The notes beneath the pieces were generated by a model. That model was not told the DNA's origin. It worked only from the letters and a program-made list of their open reading frames with translations, and ran no database searches. Positions 53,540-64,000 of a DNA stretch of 64,000 nucleotides are shown here, one piece after another. Numbering within the stretch: position 1 is the stretch's first letter; each line of letters opens with the position of its first letter. This stretch comes from Octopus sinensis (Eukaryota), in assembly GCF_006345805.1 (NCBI RefSeq), contig NC_043013.1:28210001-28274000 (forward strand), given 5' to 3'. Made by a program: the position numbers and the translations under genes.

Positions 53540-54040
53540 TTCTCTTACTAGTGGTGGTAATGGTGATGATGGTGGAAGTGGTGATAATTGTGGTGGTGAT
53601 GATGATGATGGTGCTGCTGCTGCTGACATTGGTAGTGGTGACGATTAGGATGGTAGTGAGGATAATAACAATTCTGATAGTGATGATGATAACATTAAGA
53701 ATTGAGGTTATAATGGGTAGAGGGTGGGGGATGGGCAGAAAGCAGTGGAGCTGATCTTGTGAGTGGCAACTAGCCATAGTGATGATGACCGACAACAACA
53801 AGGACAGCAGCAACGACGGGCAATGATTCTAGGGATGATGACGGCTATGACAACGGTAGCAGTGAAATTAATGTCATATATTAGCCTTTGAATAATGTAA
53901 TTAATAAGATTACATTTTGTAAACAGTTGTGGCAAATGACTCATTAGCCGAAAAATATTTTCCTCCAACTGACATCAACGATAATGATGATGACAACGGA
54001 GATGACGATGGCAATGATGATGATGATGATGATGATGGAG
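53540..54040. repeat. Degenerate mixed trinucleotide low-complexity tract (GAT/GGT/GCT/GAC/AAT)
   Basis: Direct reading; a similar tract lies at 51900-52200. Confidence 0.85.
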
Positions 54041-55025
54041 TGGGGGAGGGACTTACGTCAAATCTAACCCCATCCCAATGAATAATGAAATAAGATCATT
54101 TATTGTAAACAACTGTGCTTTAAGATTCATATATGTTAAGTGGAGATTATTGTTTTATTTTTCTGTTTTGTTTTGTTTTTGTCTTTTTGTTTTTTGTATT
54201 TTTTGTTGCTTCCCCCCCCCCAACCAGAACTTGTTACAATAAACTGAATGTTCTGACATTTTTCCAGCTGGTATTTAATTATGCTACTTCCTTTGTAAAT
54301 ACAAACACATGCATTATGAAAGACAAAAAAAAAGAAGAAAAAAAACCAGGTTAGTCTCTGTTTTCCGCCATTCTAGCTTAACACAGATTCACAGAATCAC
54401 AGCTGGCTGAGGTTGATAAATCACTCATCTACAGACCCCTTGATTGACAGTTCTGAACCCCTGTATTTTATCACTGGTGCCACTTCAAGTAAAGACACTG
54501 TGTACTTTTAATAAAGACACTGCACCCTCAGTGATTGAGTTGACCTAACCGTAAGTAGGCGGTACCATGCTAAAAAATGGTTAATTTTTTTTTCCTTTCC
54601 ACAGAAACTAATTGTCAAAAACAAAAGGGATATACTATATTTGCCTGTATACAAGACATGCTTTTTTGTATTTTCAAATGTATCCAAACATTGCCCGGTG
54701 TCTAATGCAGTTGTATTGCACATGGGAGACCGAATATTATAGGCTAGGGAACTGGATAAGCAGAAGTTTGCTAACCACAATAATTGCTACTAATTGTTCC
54801 AATATGGTAAATGGAAGTTAAATGATGAAAATGAAAACAAACCAAATTACCAGACTGTTAGCACAAACTTACAAAAAAATTCCTTGCAGTTCATCGACAG
54901 CTATGTGATGAGGTCACGTCATCTCATTATTCCTCCTGTCCCAGCATACGTTACCCACATCTGATATGTGTCTTACATTACTTAATGGCTGTAATACCTT
55001 CAAGATTTTTTTTTTTTTTTACAAG

Positions 55026-55423
55026 AAGTGGCTGTGTGGTAAGTAGCTTGCTTACCAACCACATGGTCCCGGGTTCAGTCCCACTGCGTGGCACATTGGG
55101 CAAGTGTCTTCTACTATAGCCTCGGGCTGACCAAAGCCTTGTGAGTGGATTTGGTAGGCGGAAACTGGAAGAAGCCCGTCATATATGTATATATATGTGT
55201 ATGTATGTGTGTGTATATGTTTGTGTATCTGTGTTTGTACCCCCAAAATCACTTGACAACCAATGCTGGTGTGTTTATGTCCCTGCAACTTAGCAGTTCG
55301 GCAAAAGTGACCGACAGAATAAGTACTAGGCTTACAAATAATAAGCTCTGGGGTCGATTTAATCAACTAAAGGTGATGCTTCAGCATGGCCACAGTCAAA
55401 TTACTGAAACAAGTAAAAGAGTA
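55026..55423 (+). mobile_element. SINE family E, near full length
   Basis: High similarity to 2402-2810. Confidence 0.92.
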
Positions 55424-55449
55424 ATCTAAATGAAAACTGCTCCTAGAAA

Positions 55450-56050
55450 GATGAAAGGATTGTTAAGTAGTTGTATAAAGAAGTGTTGATCATTTAATGA
55501 AGATGAAGCTGGCAGAAGATGAAGATCCAGAAAGACACAGGACAAAGTGGTGAATACTAATCTCAGGACCCTGAACCTCATGGAGGAGGTGACAAGTGAC
55601 CTGGATGAGTGGAAAATGCCTTTCTCAGGAAGACCCACCACCCAAACTCAGTAGAATCAAGTTTTGGAAGTCCGGCATGTGTCTGTTGTATGTATTTATG
55701 TAAAAAGCACCATCCAAACATGGTCAATGTCAGTGCCCCCTGACTGGCTCCCATGCTGGTGGCACGTAAAAAGCATTATCCGAATGTGGTCAATGCCAGG
55801 GCCACCTGACTGGGTCCTGTTAAAAAGCACCATTCGAACGTGGCTGATGCCAGTGCTGGTGGTACATAAAAAGCACCCACTATACTCTCAGAGCGGTTGG
55901 CATTAGGAAAGGCATCCAGCGGTAGAAACATTGTGAGATCAGACTGGAGCCTAGTGTAGCCGCTGGCTTTCCAAACTTCAGTCAAACTGTCCAACCCATA
56001 CCAGCATGGAAAGCAGAAGTTAAACGATGATGATGATGACAATGATGATG
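55450..56050 (+). mobile_element. RTE LINE 3' end: ORF C-terminus, tandem 3'UTR units, (GAT)n tail
   Basis: PRKTxDKVVNTNLRTLNLMEEVTSDLDEW-like translation; repeated GTAAAAAGCACC units at 55680-55880; AGGAAAGGCATCC module. Confidence 0.82.
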
Positions 56051-57625
56051 ATGGCTACCTCACTAGTTAGTGCTGGTGGTATTAAATAAAGAATCCAGCA
56101 CATGTAAAGTGGTTGGCATTAGGAATGGCATCCAGCAGTAGAAAATATGCTGAAGTAGACAAAGATTCCTTGGACCCATCAGATCCTGTGAAACCAGCCA
56201 ACCCATGCCAGCATGGGAAATGGACTTTAAATGATGATGATGATTATTCATACATTCAGCCCATCTACACATAAATATCCTCATCATCATATATGGATGT
56301 ATATACATCTATCCATAAATACATCCATCCATCCACATATATATGTGTGGACAGTTATATGTATATGTATAAACATATGAATGTATATACATACATGCGC
56401 ATGTGTGCACACATAAACATGTATATAAGTACATATGTATGAGTGTGTATGTATATATGTGTGCACATCTGTGTGTGCGTATTTGTGTGTCTAAACATTG
56501 AATAACACTGAGGAACAGCTGAAATTCAATTAACAGATCAAAGGCAGCATTCTAAAATATTATTGTCTGATGTAAGCAATTTTCGTCCATCTTTTGCAAC
56601 CTAATGTAGTTTCATTTTCGTCACTAAACAAAGTTTAAAATGTGTTTAAAAATAGAATATTTATACACACACAACCACATACACTTCATATAATATTGTG
56701 TGTGTGTGTGTGTGTGTGTAATTGTAATATCGATGTATTAAAAAGAGGACAGAGTAATATTTGAATTCTCATTTCTTAGATATCTATCTACCTATCTGTC
56801 TATCTATGTATCTATCTATCTCTATGATATTGCAATATTTAATCTATCTTCAATCCACTCAACGCAGGTTACTAACTTAGCTAACCTACTACCTTCAAAT
56901 GAATTATATAGAATAGATCAAATGAATTATTAACTGCTTTCCTACATCATCAATCACTTTTCCGTCCACCGCCGCTGCCACCACCACCACCACCACCCCA
57001 CATGTGTTACTGTGGATGGATATTGAAAAGTGCATCCAACAACAAAACATCCATGTTTAAAGTACTGTCACACAACCTATAGAGTTTCAGATGATGAAAG
57101 AAGTGGTCAGACAGATGTATCTCACTAATGCATATCCATGTGAACAACGTAAGGCATATTATCACCATTGGCAGTGCATCACATGAGCCAATGTGGTAAT
57201 CTCTTTGCTTTCATTCCACTTGCCAGAAATATCAACCGAGTATCTCTCAGATCACACACTTCTGTGTTAATCATTTAGCGTTCAGGCCTGTCATATCCAA
57301 CCCAAGTATTCTATCCATTCTATGTTCAAACTGACCAGATCCAGCATTTCACACTTTCCCTGCAATGTCTTTCTATAAATAAGCAATCACATCATTGACA
57401 TCTTGAAGCTACGAGTTAATGCATAATTAATTCAAAACAATGTCAACAGATAAGTATTACATTTGACAGAATAATCTGGAATGCTAAAAAGTTAGAAGAC
57501 AAACAGTCTTACAACTGTAGTTTCTGATGGAAAGGTGGACATAGTGATGATGATAAAGCTTTTTGATCATACTAGGTTGGATATAACAGCTATGAAGCCA
57601 GACATTTTCAAAATTAATTTAGCAT

Positions 57626-57855
57626 CATCATCATCATCATTATCGTCATTTAACGTCTGCTTTCCATGTTGGCATGGGTTGGACGGTTTGACTGAGAGCT
57701 GGCAAGCCAGGATGCTGCACCAGGCTCCAATCCAATCTGGCAATGTTTCTACAGCTGGATGTCCTCCCTAATGCCAACCACTCTGAGAGTGTAGTGGGTG
57801 CTTTTTATGTGCCACCGGCACGAGGGCCAGTCAGCTGGTACTGGCATTGGTGATG
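57626..57855 (-). mobile_element. RTE-type 3' end
   Basis: (CAT)n + CATTTAACGTC and reverse-complement module. Confidence 0.85.
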
Positions 57856-58359
57856 TCTTAAAAATAAGCAGCCATCAATTTGCTATCACATAACAGAGCA
57901 ATCAATGGGGTTACATGAGATGTAGTAGGAAAGAAGAAGGATTGACAAAGAACCAAAACTGTAAGTACATTACATGCAATGATGCAGTTGACAGCATGAG
58001 CATCAATGGAATAACAAATTCTGCCATTGGTTTATAAGAAGTACAATAATTTGTGCTTAAAGAAGATGGAAAATTTCGGCCAAAATTATCAACCATATTT
58101 ATAATCGGCAATGTTTGTACAAAAAAGAGAGACAGACAGGGAATTTATTGGTACATATAAATAGAGAGTAATGCTGTATGCCAATGAATGACATCTAGTA
58201 ACATGGAAGTCTGAAGTAGAATAAGTCAAGGTGTATGATTAGACAGGGATAGAATAAATGCATAAAATTTGTGGCAGTGATTGCTGACCATCAATTAAAA
58301 TTTATTGCTGGTGTATGATTTGCTTGAATATTCAATAAAAATTCAATCTGAATATAAGG

Positions 58360-58878
58360 TGTACGTGTGTGACAGAGCGCTAGTGTATTGAGAGAAAAAT
58401 TAGGCACAAGAGGAATTATATTCAGTGTGCAAGAGAGGAGACAGCACTGGTTTGGTCAAGTGATGCGTATGGATGAAGAGAGTTGTATAAAGAAGGAGGG
58501 AAGCTGTGGAAGAGGCAAACCCAGAAAGACATAGGACAAAGTATTGGAGGTCAATCTCAAAACACTGAGCCTTATGAAGGAGATGGCAGGAGACCGAGAT
58601 ATGTAGCATATGTCTGTACTTAAGAAGACCTGCCCACCACAACTGAATTGATATCCTAAAACCAAGGTGTTACGTAAAAAAACATTGGTGTTGGTGCTGG
58701 TGCCATGTAAAAAGCAACCACTCCACTCTGTAAAGTGGTTGGCATTAAGAAGGGCATCCAACTGTAGAAACAAAGCCAAAACAATGGAATCTGGTGCAGC
58801 CCCTGGCCTTGCCAGTTTCTGTCAAGTTGTCCAGCCCGTGTCAGCATAGAAAGTGGGCATTAAGTGATGATGATGATA
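58360..58878 (+). mobile_element. RTE LINE 3' end
   Basis: VLREKLGTRGI..VQERRQHWFGQVMRMDEESCIKK..GRGKPRKT*DKVLEVNLKTL (RLRWFGHV / GRPRKTW motifs), then the 3' module and GAT tail. Confidence 0.88.
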
Positions 58879-59659
58879 TAAGGTAGATGAAGAATAGTTG
58901 TAAAATGTGAAAAAAAGTTGTCACAAGAGAGAGAGGCCCAGAAAGACCCAACATAAAGGAGGTTAGATTAGATCTAAAAATGTTAAGCTTCACAATGTTA
59001 GATCTAACTTATATCGTCATGACAAAATATCAAAACTAATAATGATGATTTTGTGTTATATAATACAAAAAACGATTTCTGAAAGCCTGAGAGAAGAAAC
59101 CATGAAAGTCAAAGAGCACAAACTAATGACACAGTACATGGTAGATGTGTACATATTTTTCTGAGAAATGTCAACTGGTTACTGGCCAAGTCATTCTTAA
59201 TAAGATATGGTCTGTGGAGGCAGTGTATATCACAGAGTATGCATAGCTCAACCACACTGCACAAATCATTTATGCTTCCCGGGGCAGAAAAACTTGTGAA
59301 CTTATGCTCAGTTTATTTATATACAATCTGCAATGCAGAAAAACCCATAAATAATTTGATTCGATTTCTCTTTGAAAAACAAATGTTAGTTAAGAATACT
59401 GGTCATAACGACAATGTAGAACGATTTATGGATTAACAGATTTAGAGATAATTAAAGGCATCAGAGTCTAAATAACAATCTATAATAATGATTCCTCATC
59501 TGGGTAGAAGACTGACATTTGGTAAGTAAAGGATATGTAGTCAATTGATCTCATCCTTGAATACATATGTGTCTGGCATTTATTTAAACATCTGTAGAAT
59601 CTTGGAAGGTAAAGTCCATCTTGGCAGGATATGAACACAGAACATAAAGAGATGTAATA

Positions 59660-60060
59660 ATATACTTATCATTGTTTTAATGCCCACATTTGCCTGTGTT
59701 TGCCTGCATCAGATGGGATTTGTTGATGTGGATTTTCTTTGGCTGGATGCCCTTCTTGTTGCCAACCCTCATCTGTTTCCAAGAATGGTAATATTTCCGC
59801 ATCAGCAGATACATTTCCAAAGAAGATTGGAAATGGGGGACACTACTTACATGGCAGTGACATTCACTGACAACTATCATGCAATGTCAAGGCAAGGAGA
59901 TGGTAACATATATACATACATTTTATATACAAACACAAATACATATACAATGGGCCTGTTTTGGTTCCCATCAACCACATTCATTCACAAGGCTTCGGGC
60001 AGCCGGGGGCTGAACCCAAGACCATGAGATTGGGAACCAAACTTCTTACCGCACATCTAC
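59660..60060 (-). mobile_element. SINE family E head + body 2
   Basis: Same architecture as 21321-21785, reversed. Confidence 0.75.
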
Positions 60061-60073
60061 TTGCATATGTGCA

Positions 60074-60107
<34 letters not shown>

Positions 60108-60110
<3 letters not shown>

Positions 60111-60510
60111 TTTTACTTGTTTCAGTCATTTGACTGTGGCCATGCTGGAGCACTGCCTTTAGTTGAGCAAATTGACCCTAGGACTTATTCTCTGTAAGTT
60201 TAGTACTTATTCTATTGGTTTCTTTTGCCAGACCACTAAGTTACGGGGACATAAACACACCAACATTAGTTGTCAAGCAATGTTTGGGGGACAAACACAC
60301 ATACACACACATACATATATATACATGTGTGTGTGTGTGTGTATATACAACAGGCTTCTTTCAGTTTCCGTCTACCAAATCCACTCACAAGGCTTTGGTT
60401 GGCCTGAGGTTATAGTAGAAGATACTTGTTAAAGGCGCCACACAGTGGGACTGAACCCAGAACCATGTGGTTGATAAGCAAGCTATTTACCACACAGCCA
60501 CTCCTGTGCC
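60108..60510 (-). mobile_element. SINE family E, full length
   Basis: Reverse complement of the 2402-2810 type. Confidence 0.92.
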
Positions 60511-60776
60511 TATGTATATATATATTTTATATACATATGCAAGATGTTTAGCCCAACATGCTCTGGACTCTACTACTCCATTTCTCTCTGTAGCACAAAA
60601 TGATAATATATCTTAACTGTCCAATTTCTAGTAATCTAGCTGTTGAGTCAAAGGCAAGCAGAATTTTATGCAGCCACTCCAGTGAAGGAAAGTTCTACCA
60701 TTTTAACATTAGAACTTGTATGAGATAGATTCTAAATGCCAATATCACAAATTAGACATGTGCTTGTGTATATGCA

Positions 60777-60844
<68 letters not shown>

Positions 60845-61939
60845 AACTTAGATACCTTTGATGTATTATTATAATAATCTCAAAACAGATTATAAATTTT
60901 ATGTTTATTCAGTTTTCAGTGATCTTTTCAAGTTGAAATAAATGTTTCAGCCAAGACTATAAAAATAGTCAATTTCGGCTCACTTTAAGTTTTAGATCAT
61001 GTAGGAGAAGAAGAAGGAACAAACAAACAAAAGAAAAAAAAATCAACTGCAAATCATATGAAATGTAAGAGCAAACAGAAAATTTAGAAAATGCTGACAT
61101 TTAAACAATGCCTATTGTTAAATAGAAATAATTGAAAGTCTGAAATCTTTGAATAATTATCATTGCTTCACTTTCAAAATTATTAGCTCATAGTCTTTCT
61201 TTCGTTTCTAAATAGCAAGTCTAAAGAAAAGATTTTTCAAAATACATTAAAAGGCAACAAAATTTTGAAATTACTAGTAAAGATATTTTGATATCTTGGT
61301 AGTGGAATAATAATAACAATAAGAATAATGATAAAAGAAATATAAAAATATTAAATTTAAAACATCTACAAATTACCTTGACTTCTCAACGAAATGGCAA
61401 ATTAGATGGAGAAATGTTGTTTACACTGTATTACCAAAAAGAAATTTCCAAATAACATTCATAAATGCTACATATTCTGTGGGTGGGGGTACATGTGCAG
61501 GGGTGGTGGTGGTGGTGGTATGTGGGGATGTATGAGGGATGTGTGCTTAAATGTATAAATATGTGTACATATAAGCAGATATATACATAGAGGTATACAA
61601 ACATACATATATACACATACAAACGTACACATACACAAACACACATATACATATATATATACACACACTTAACTTTTACTTTTTTATATACACATACACA
61701 CACATGCAAAATAGCATATATAGGTATTTTTAATAAAGAATGTGCAATATTTAAATGCTTAGAAAGTTTTAGCTCAAACTAAACTGTTTTCTCTCTTTTC
61801 TGCATCAACACTGAATCGACTCAATTTTCTTTCAACTGATGACTAACTTTCTGCAGCATACACAACTCGTACTATTAGTTGTAACATGAACTGAAATTAG
61901 TTAAAATATTCGAGGTGTCAAGTTTGAAACACAATAATT

Positions 61940-62140
61940 AACCCTTTCATTAGCAACCTGGCTCTATGTACAAATATCTTGTTTTCATAAGTTTTGAATT
62001 AAAAATCTTCGACCAAACCTCAGTCCCAATTTATGTGCCTAACACTAGCTTAATGATAACTAAGTTATTTTACTAAATTCTTTGTTATATTTAAAATTAA
62101 TTGAAAGAAACACAGAGCATCTCAAAATAAACACAGAAAG
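61940..62140 (+). mobile_element. piggyBac-type MITE
   Basis: Body aligns with 15967-16184. Confidence 0.75.
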
Positions 62141-62269
62141 GAAAGGATTAAAAGATGGTAGATTAAAAAGGTAATTTAATTCCATAATTATTCCAGGAGT
62201 AATGAAGGTGGATGACTCAGTTGTTGGGGGTATTCGGCTAATGATTGCATGCTTTGATAACCAGTAGTG

Positions 62270-62545
62270 CTTTGTGACCTTGTGCAAGACACTTTATTTC
62301 ACATTGCTCCAGTTCATTCAGCTGGGAAAAAATAAGTTGTGTTTGTAATTAAAAGGTGAAGCCTTGTGACATTGTATGTCATACTGAATCTCCCTCAGAA
62401 CTTCACAGACATGCAGGTATGCATGTCTGTGGAGGGCTCGACCATTTGCACATTAATTCTCACAAGCAGGCTGTTCTATTGACCGGATCAGCTGGAGCCC
62501 TCATTGTCACAACTGACGAAGAGCCAGTATTCCATGAGTTGATGT
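62270..62545 (+). mobile_element. CORE SINE family D, headless
   Basis: GTGCAAGACACTTTATTTCACATTGCTCCAG core; tail matches 41165-41470. Confidence 0.75.
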
Positions 62546-63303
62546 TGATTATAAATATTGGTCTCTAATACTGGTAAAGGATCATAGATTTGGTGAGAGA
62601 GGAAGAAGGAACCGTATGGTCAATTAAATCCATCCCAGTATTTGACCAGTACTTTACATTATCAACTCTGGATCAAGGAAAGGCAAAGTTGACAAAAGTG
62701 GGATTTGAACTCAGAATATGAACAGTTGATATTAAGATTTACAATCTGTTTCTTTCTCTCTGTCTCACTATAATAACCTTTCATCATCTGACACAAGATA
62801 ACTTCTTCCGATGCCCCTGCCTCTCTCAAAAGACCTTTGTCTTGTAAGTTACTTTGATGACCCTGACAGTGCTGGTGTCATGTAAGAAGCATCCAGTCCA
62901 CACTGTGAAGTGGTTGGCATTTGGAAGGGCATCAGCTGTAAAAACCACCCAAATCTGAACAAAAACAATTTAAAAAAAAAAACATCATCTTTCTACAACA
63001 TGCATAAAAATTAGTAATTACATCCATTTATTCTCCATTTTCTTCTTGTTTTCCCTCAATATACATATATACATATATATCAAAATTGAGATGATAAAGG
63101 AATAAATAATTACATTATGAACTTCATTAGCTTACAGCTGTCTCTGCTATATGGTGTAATGTACTCATGTATGCACTGTACATGACTTAGGCTGTGTTCT
63201 GAAGCATATGTATATTGAGTTTCTAACTCCAGGTTATTAGTATGACAATGCCTAAGCAATAAATAAATAAATAAATAAATATATATATATATATATATAT
63301 ATA

Positions 63304-63460
63304 CCCGGAAGACCTCCACGACGGTGGAGTGACGATTTCAAGGGGACGATTGGGATCACGTGGATGAGAAAGGCGCGATCCAGAGAGGGGTGGACAGCGT
63401 GCTGTGACCAGCGGTGTCAAATGGGCGCCTGACGGACTGGTCGGTCAAAGTGATCAAAGT
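63304..63460 (+). mobile_element. Young, heavily 5'-truncated RTE-1-type LINE end
   Basis: Uninterrupted frame PGRPPRRWSDDFKGTIGITWMRKARSREGWTACCDQRCQMGA* (TGA 63430-63432); 13 CpG in about 150 bp; TCAAAGTGA-TCAAAGT tail; (TA)n on both sides. Confidence 0.85.
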
Positions 63461-63854
63461 AATATATATATAAGACATTTAGAGCTTAAATTCATTAGTT
63501 TATTAGTAAATGCAGCTGAAAATAGTTATGACAAATACTACACGTTACTGATGTCAGCATTATTAGTTCTGTTTTTTTCTATATTGCAGTGCAGAGTTTA
63601 ACATTAAAAAATATCATATGAGGAAATGGAAGAATAACAATTTAGTGAAGCTGACTTATCCAAGACATGCTACGTAAAGATTAATTTTATAAGACCAGAC
63701 CTACGATCCAATTGGACCTGACTCAAAACTAACCATAGCAATAAAGAGCTATATGTTCCAACATTATCAACAAAAGAATCAGGACTGCAACTAAGATATC
63801 TGGAATGTCTAGTGTGTGTTTGGGTGTGTATATGTGTGTGCATGTATGTGCCTA

Positions 63855-63894
<40 letters not shown>

Positions 63895-63937
63895 TATGTA
63901 TGTATATACAAACGTGTAAACATGCATATGTAAATAC

Positions 63938-63971
<34 letters not shown>

Positions 63972-64000
63972 TAGATAGATAGATACATACATACATACAT

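Noticed and set aside
53400-53813. Poly-Asp/Gly/Ile/Val ORFs on both strands
   Set aside because: Products of degenerate trinucleotide repeats.

Overview
AT-rich, microsatellite-dense eukaryotic DNA. The SINE and LINE families look like octopus (coleoid cephalopod) repeats; this is recognition from memory, not a database result. No host protein-coding exon could be identified with confidence, and almost all listed ORFs are artefacts of TA/CA/GA or trinucleotide repeats. The window is dominated by decayed mobile elements: several tRNA-derived SINE families (many with clear target-site duplications), at least three RTE-clade LINE lineages, an R4/Dong-type REL-endonuclease LINE end in (TAA)n, an internally deleted maT/DD37D-like Tc1-mariner, and piggyBac-, hAT- and mariner-type MITEs. 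The main finding is two minimal type-I hammerhead-ribozyme motifs of the kind carried by Penelope-like elements, both on the minus strand. One (46214-46297) lies inside an ~80-bp-arm foldback. The other (49090-49137) has a compensatory U3-A8 core. Also notable: a hAT MITE carrying a near-consensus CTCF motif, a microsatellite array that may have been copied in inverted orientation into a SINE, SINE body swapping at an internal microsatellite, and two SINEs stacked at one target site.
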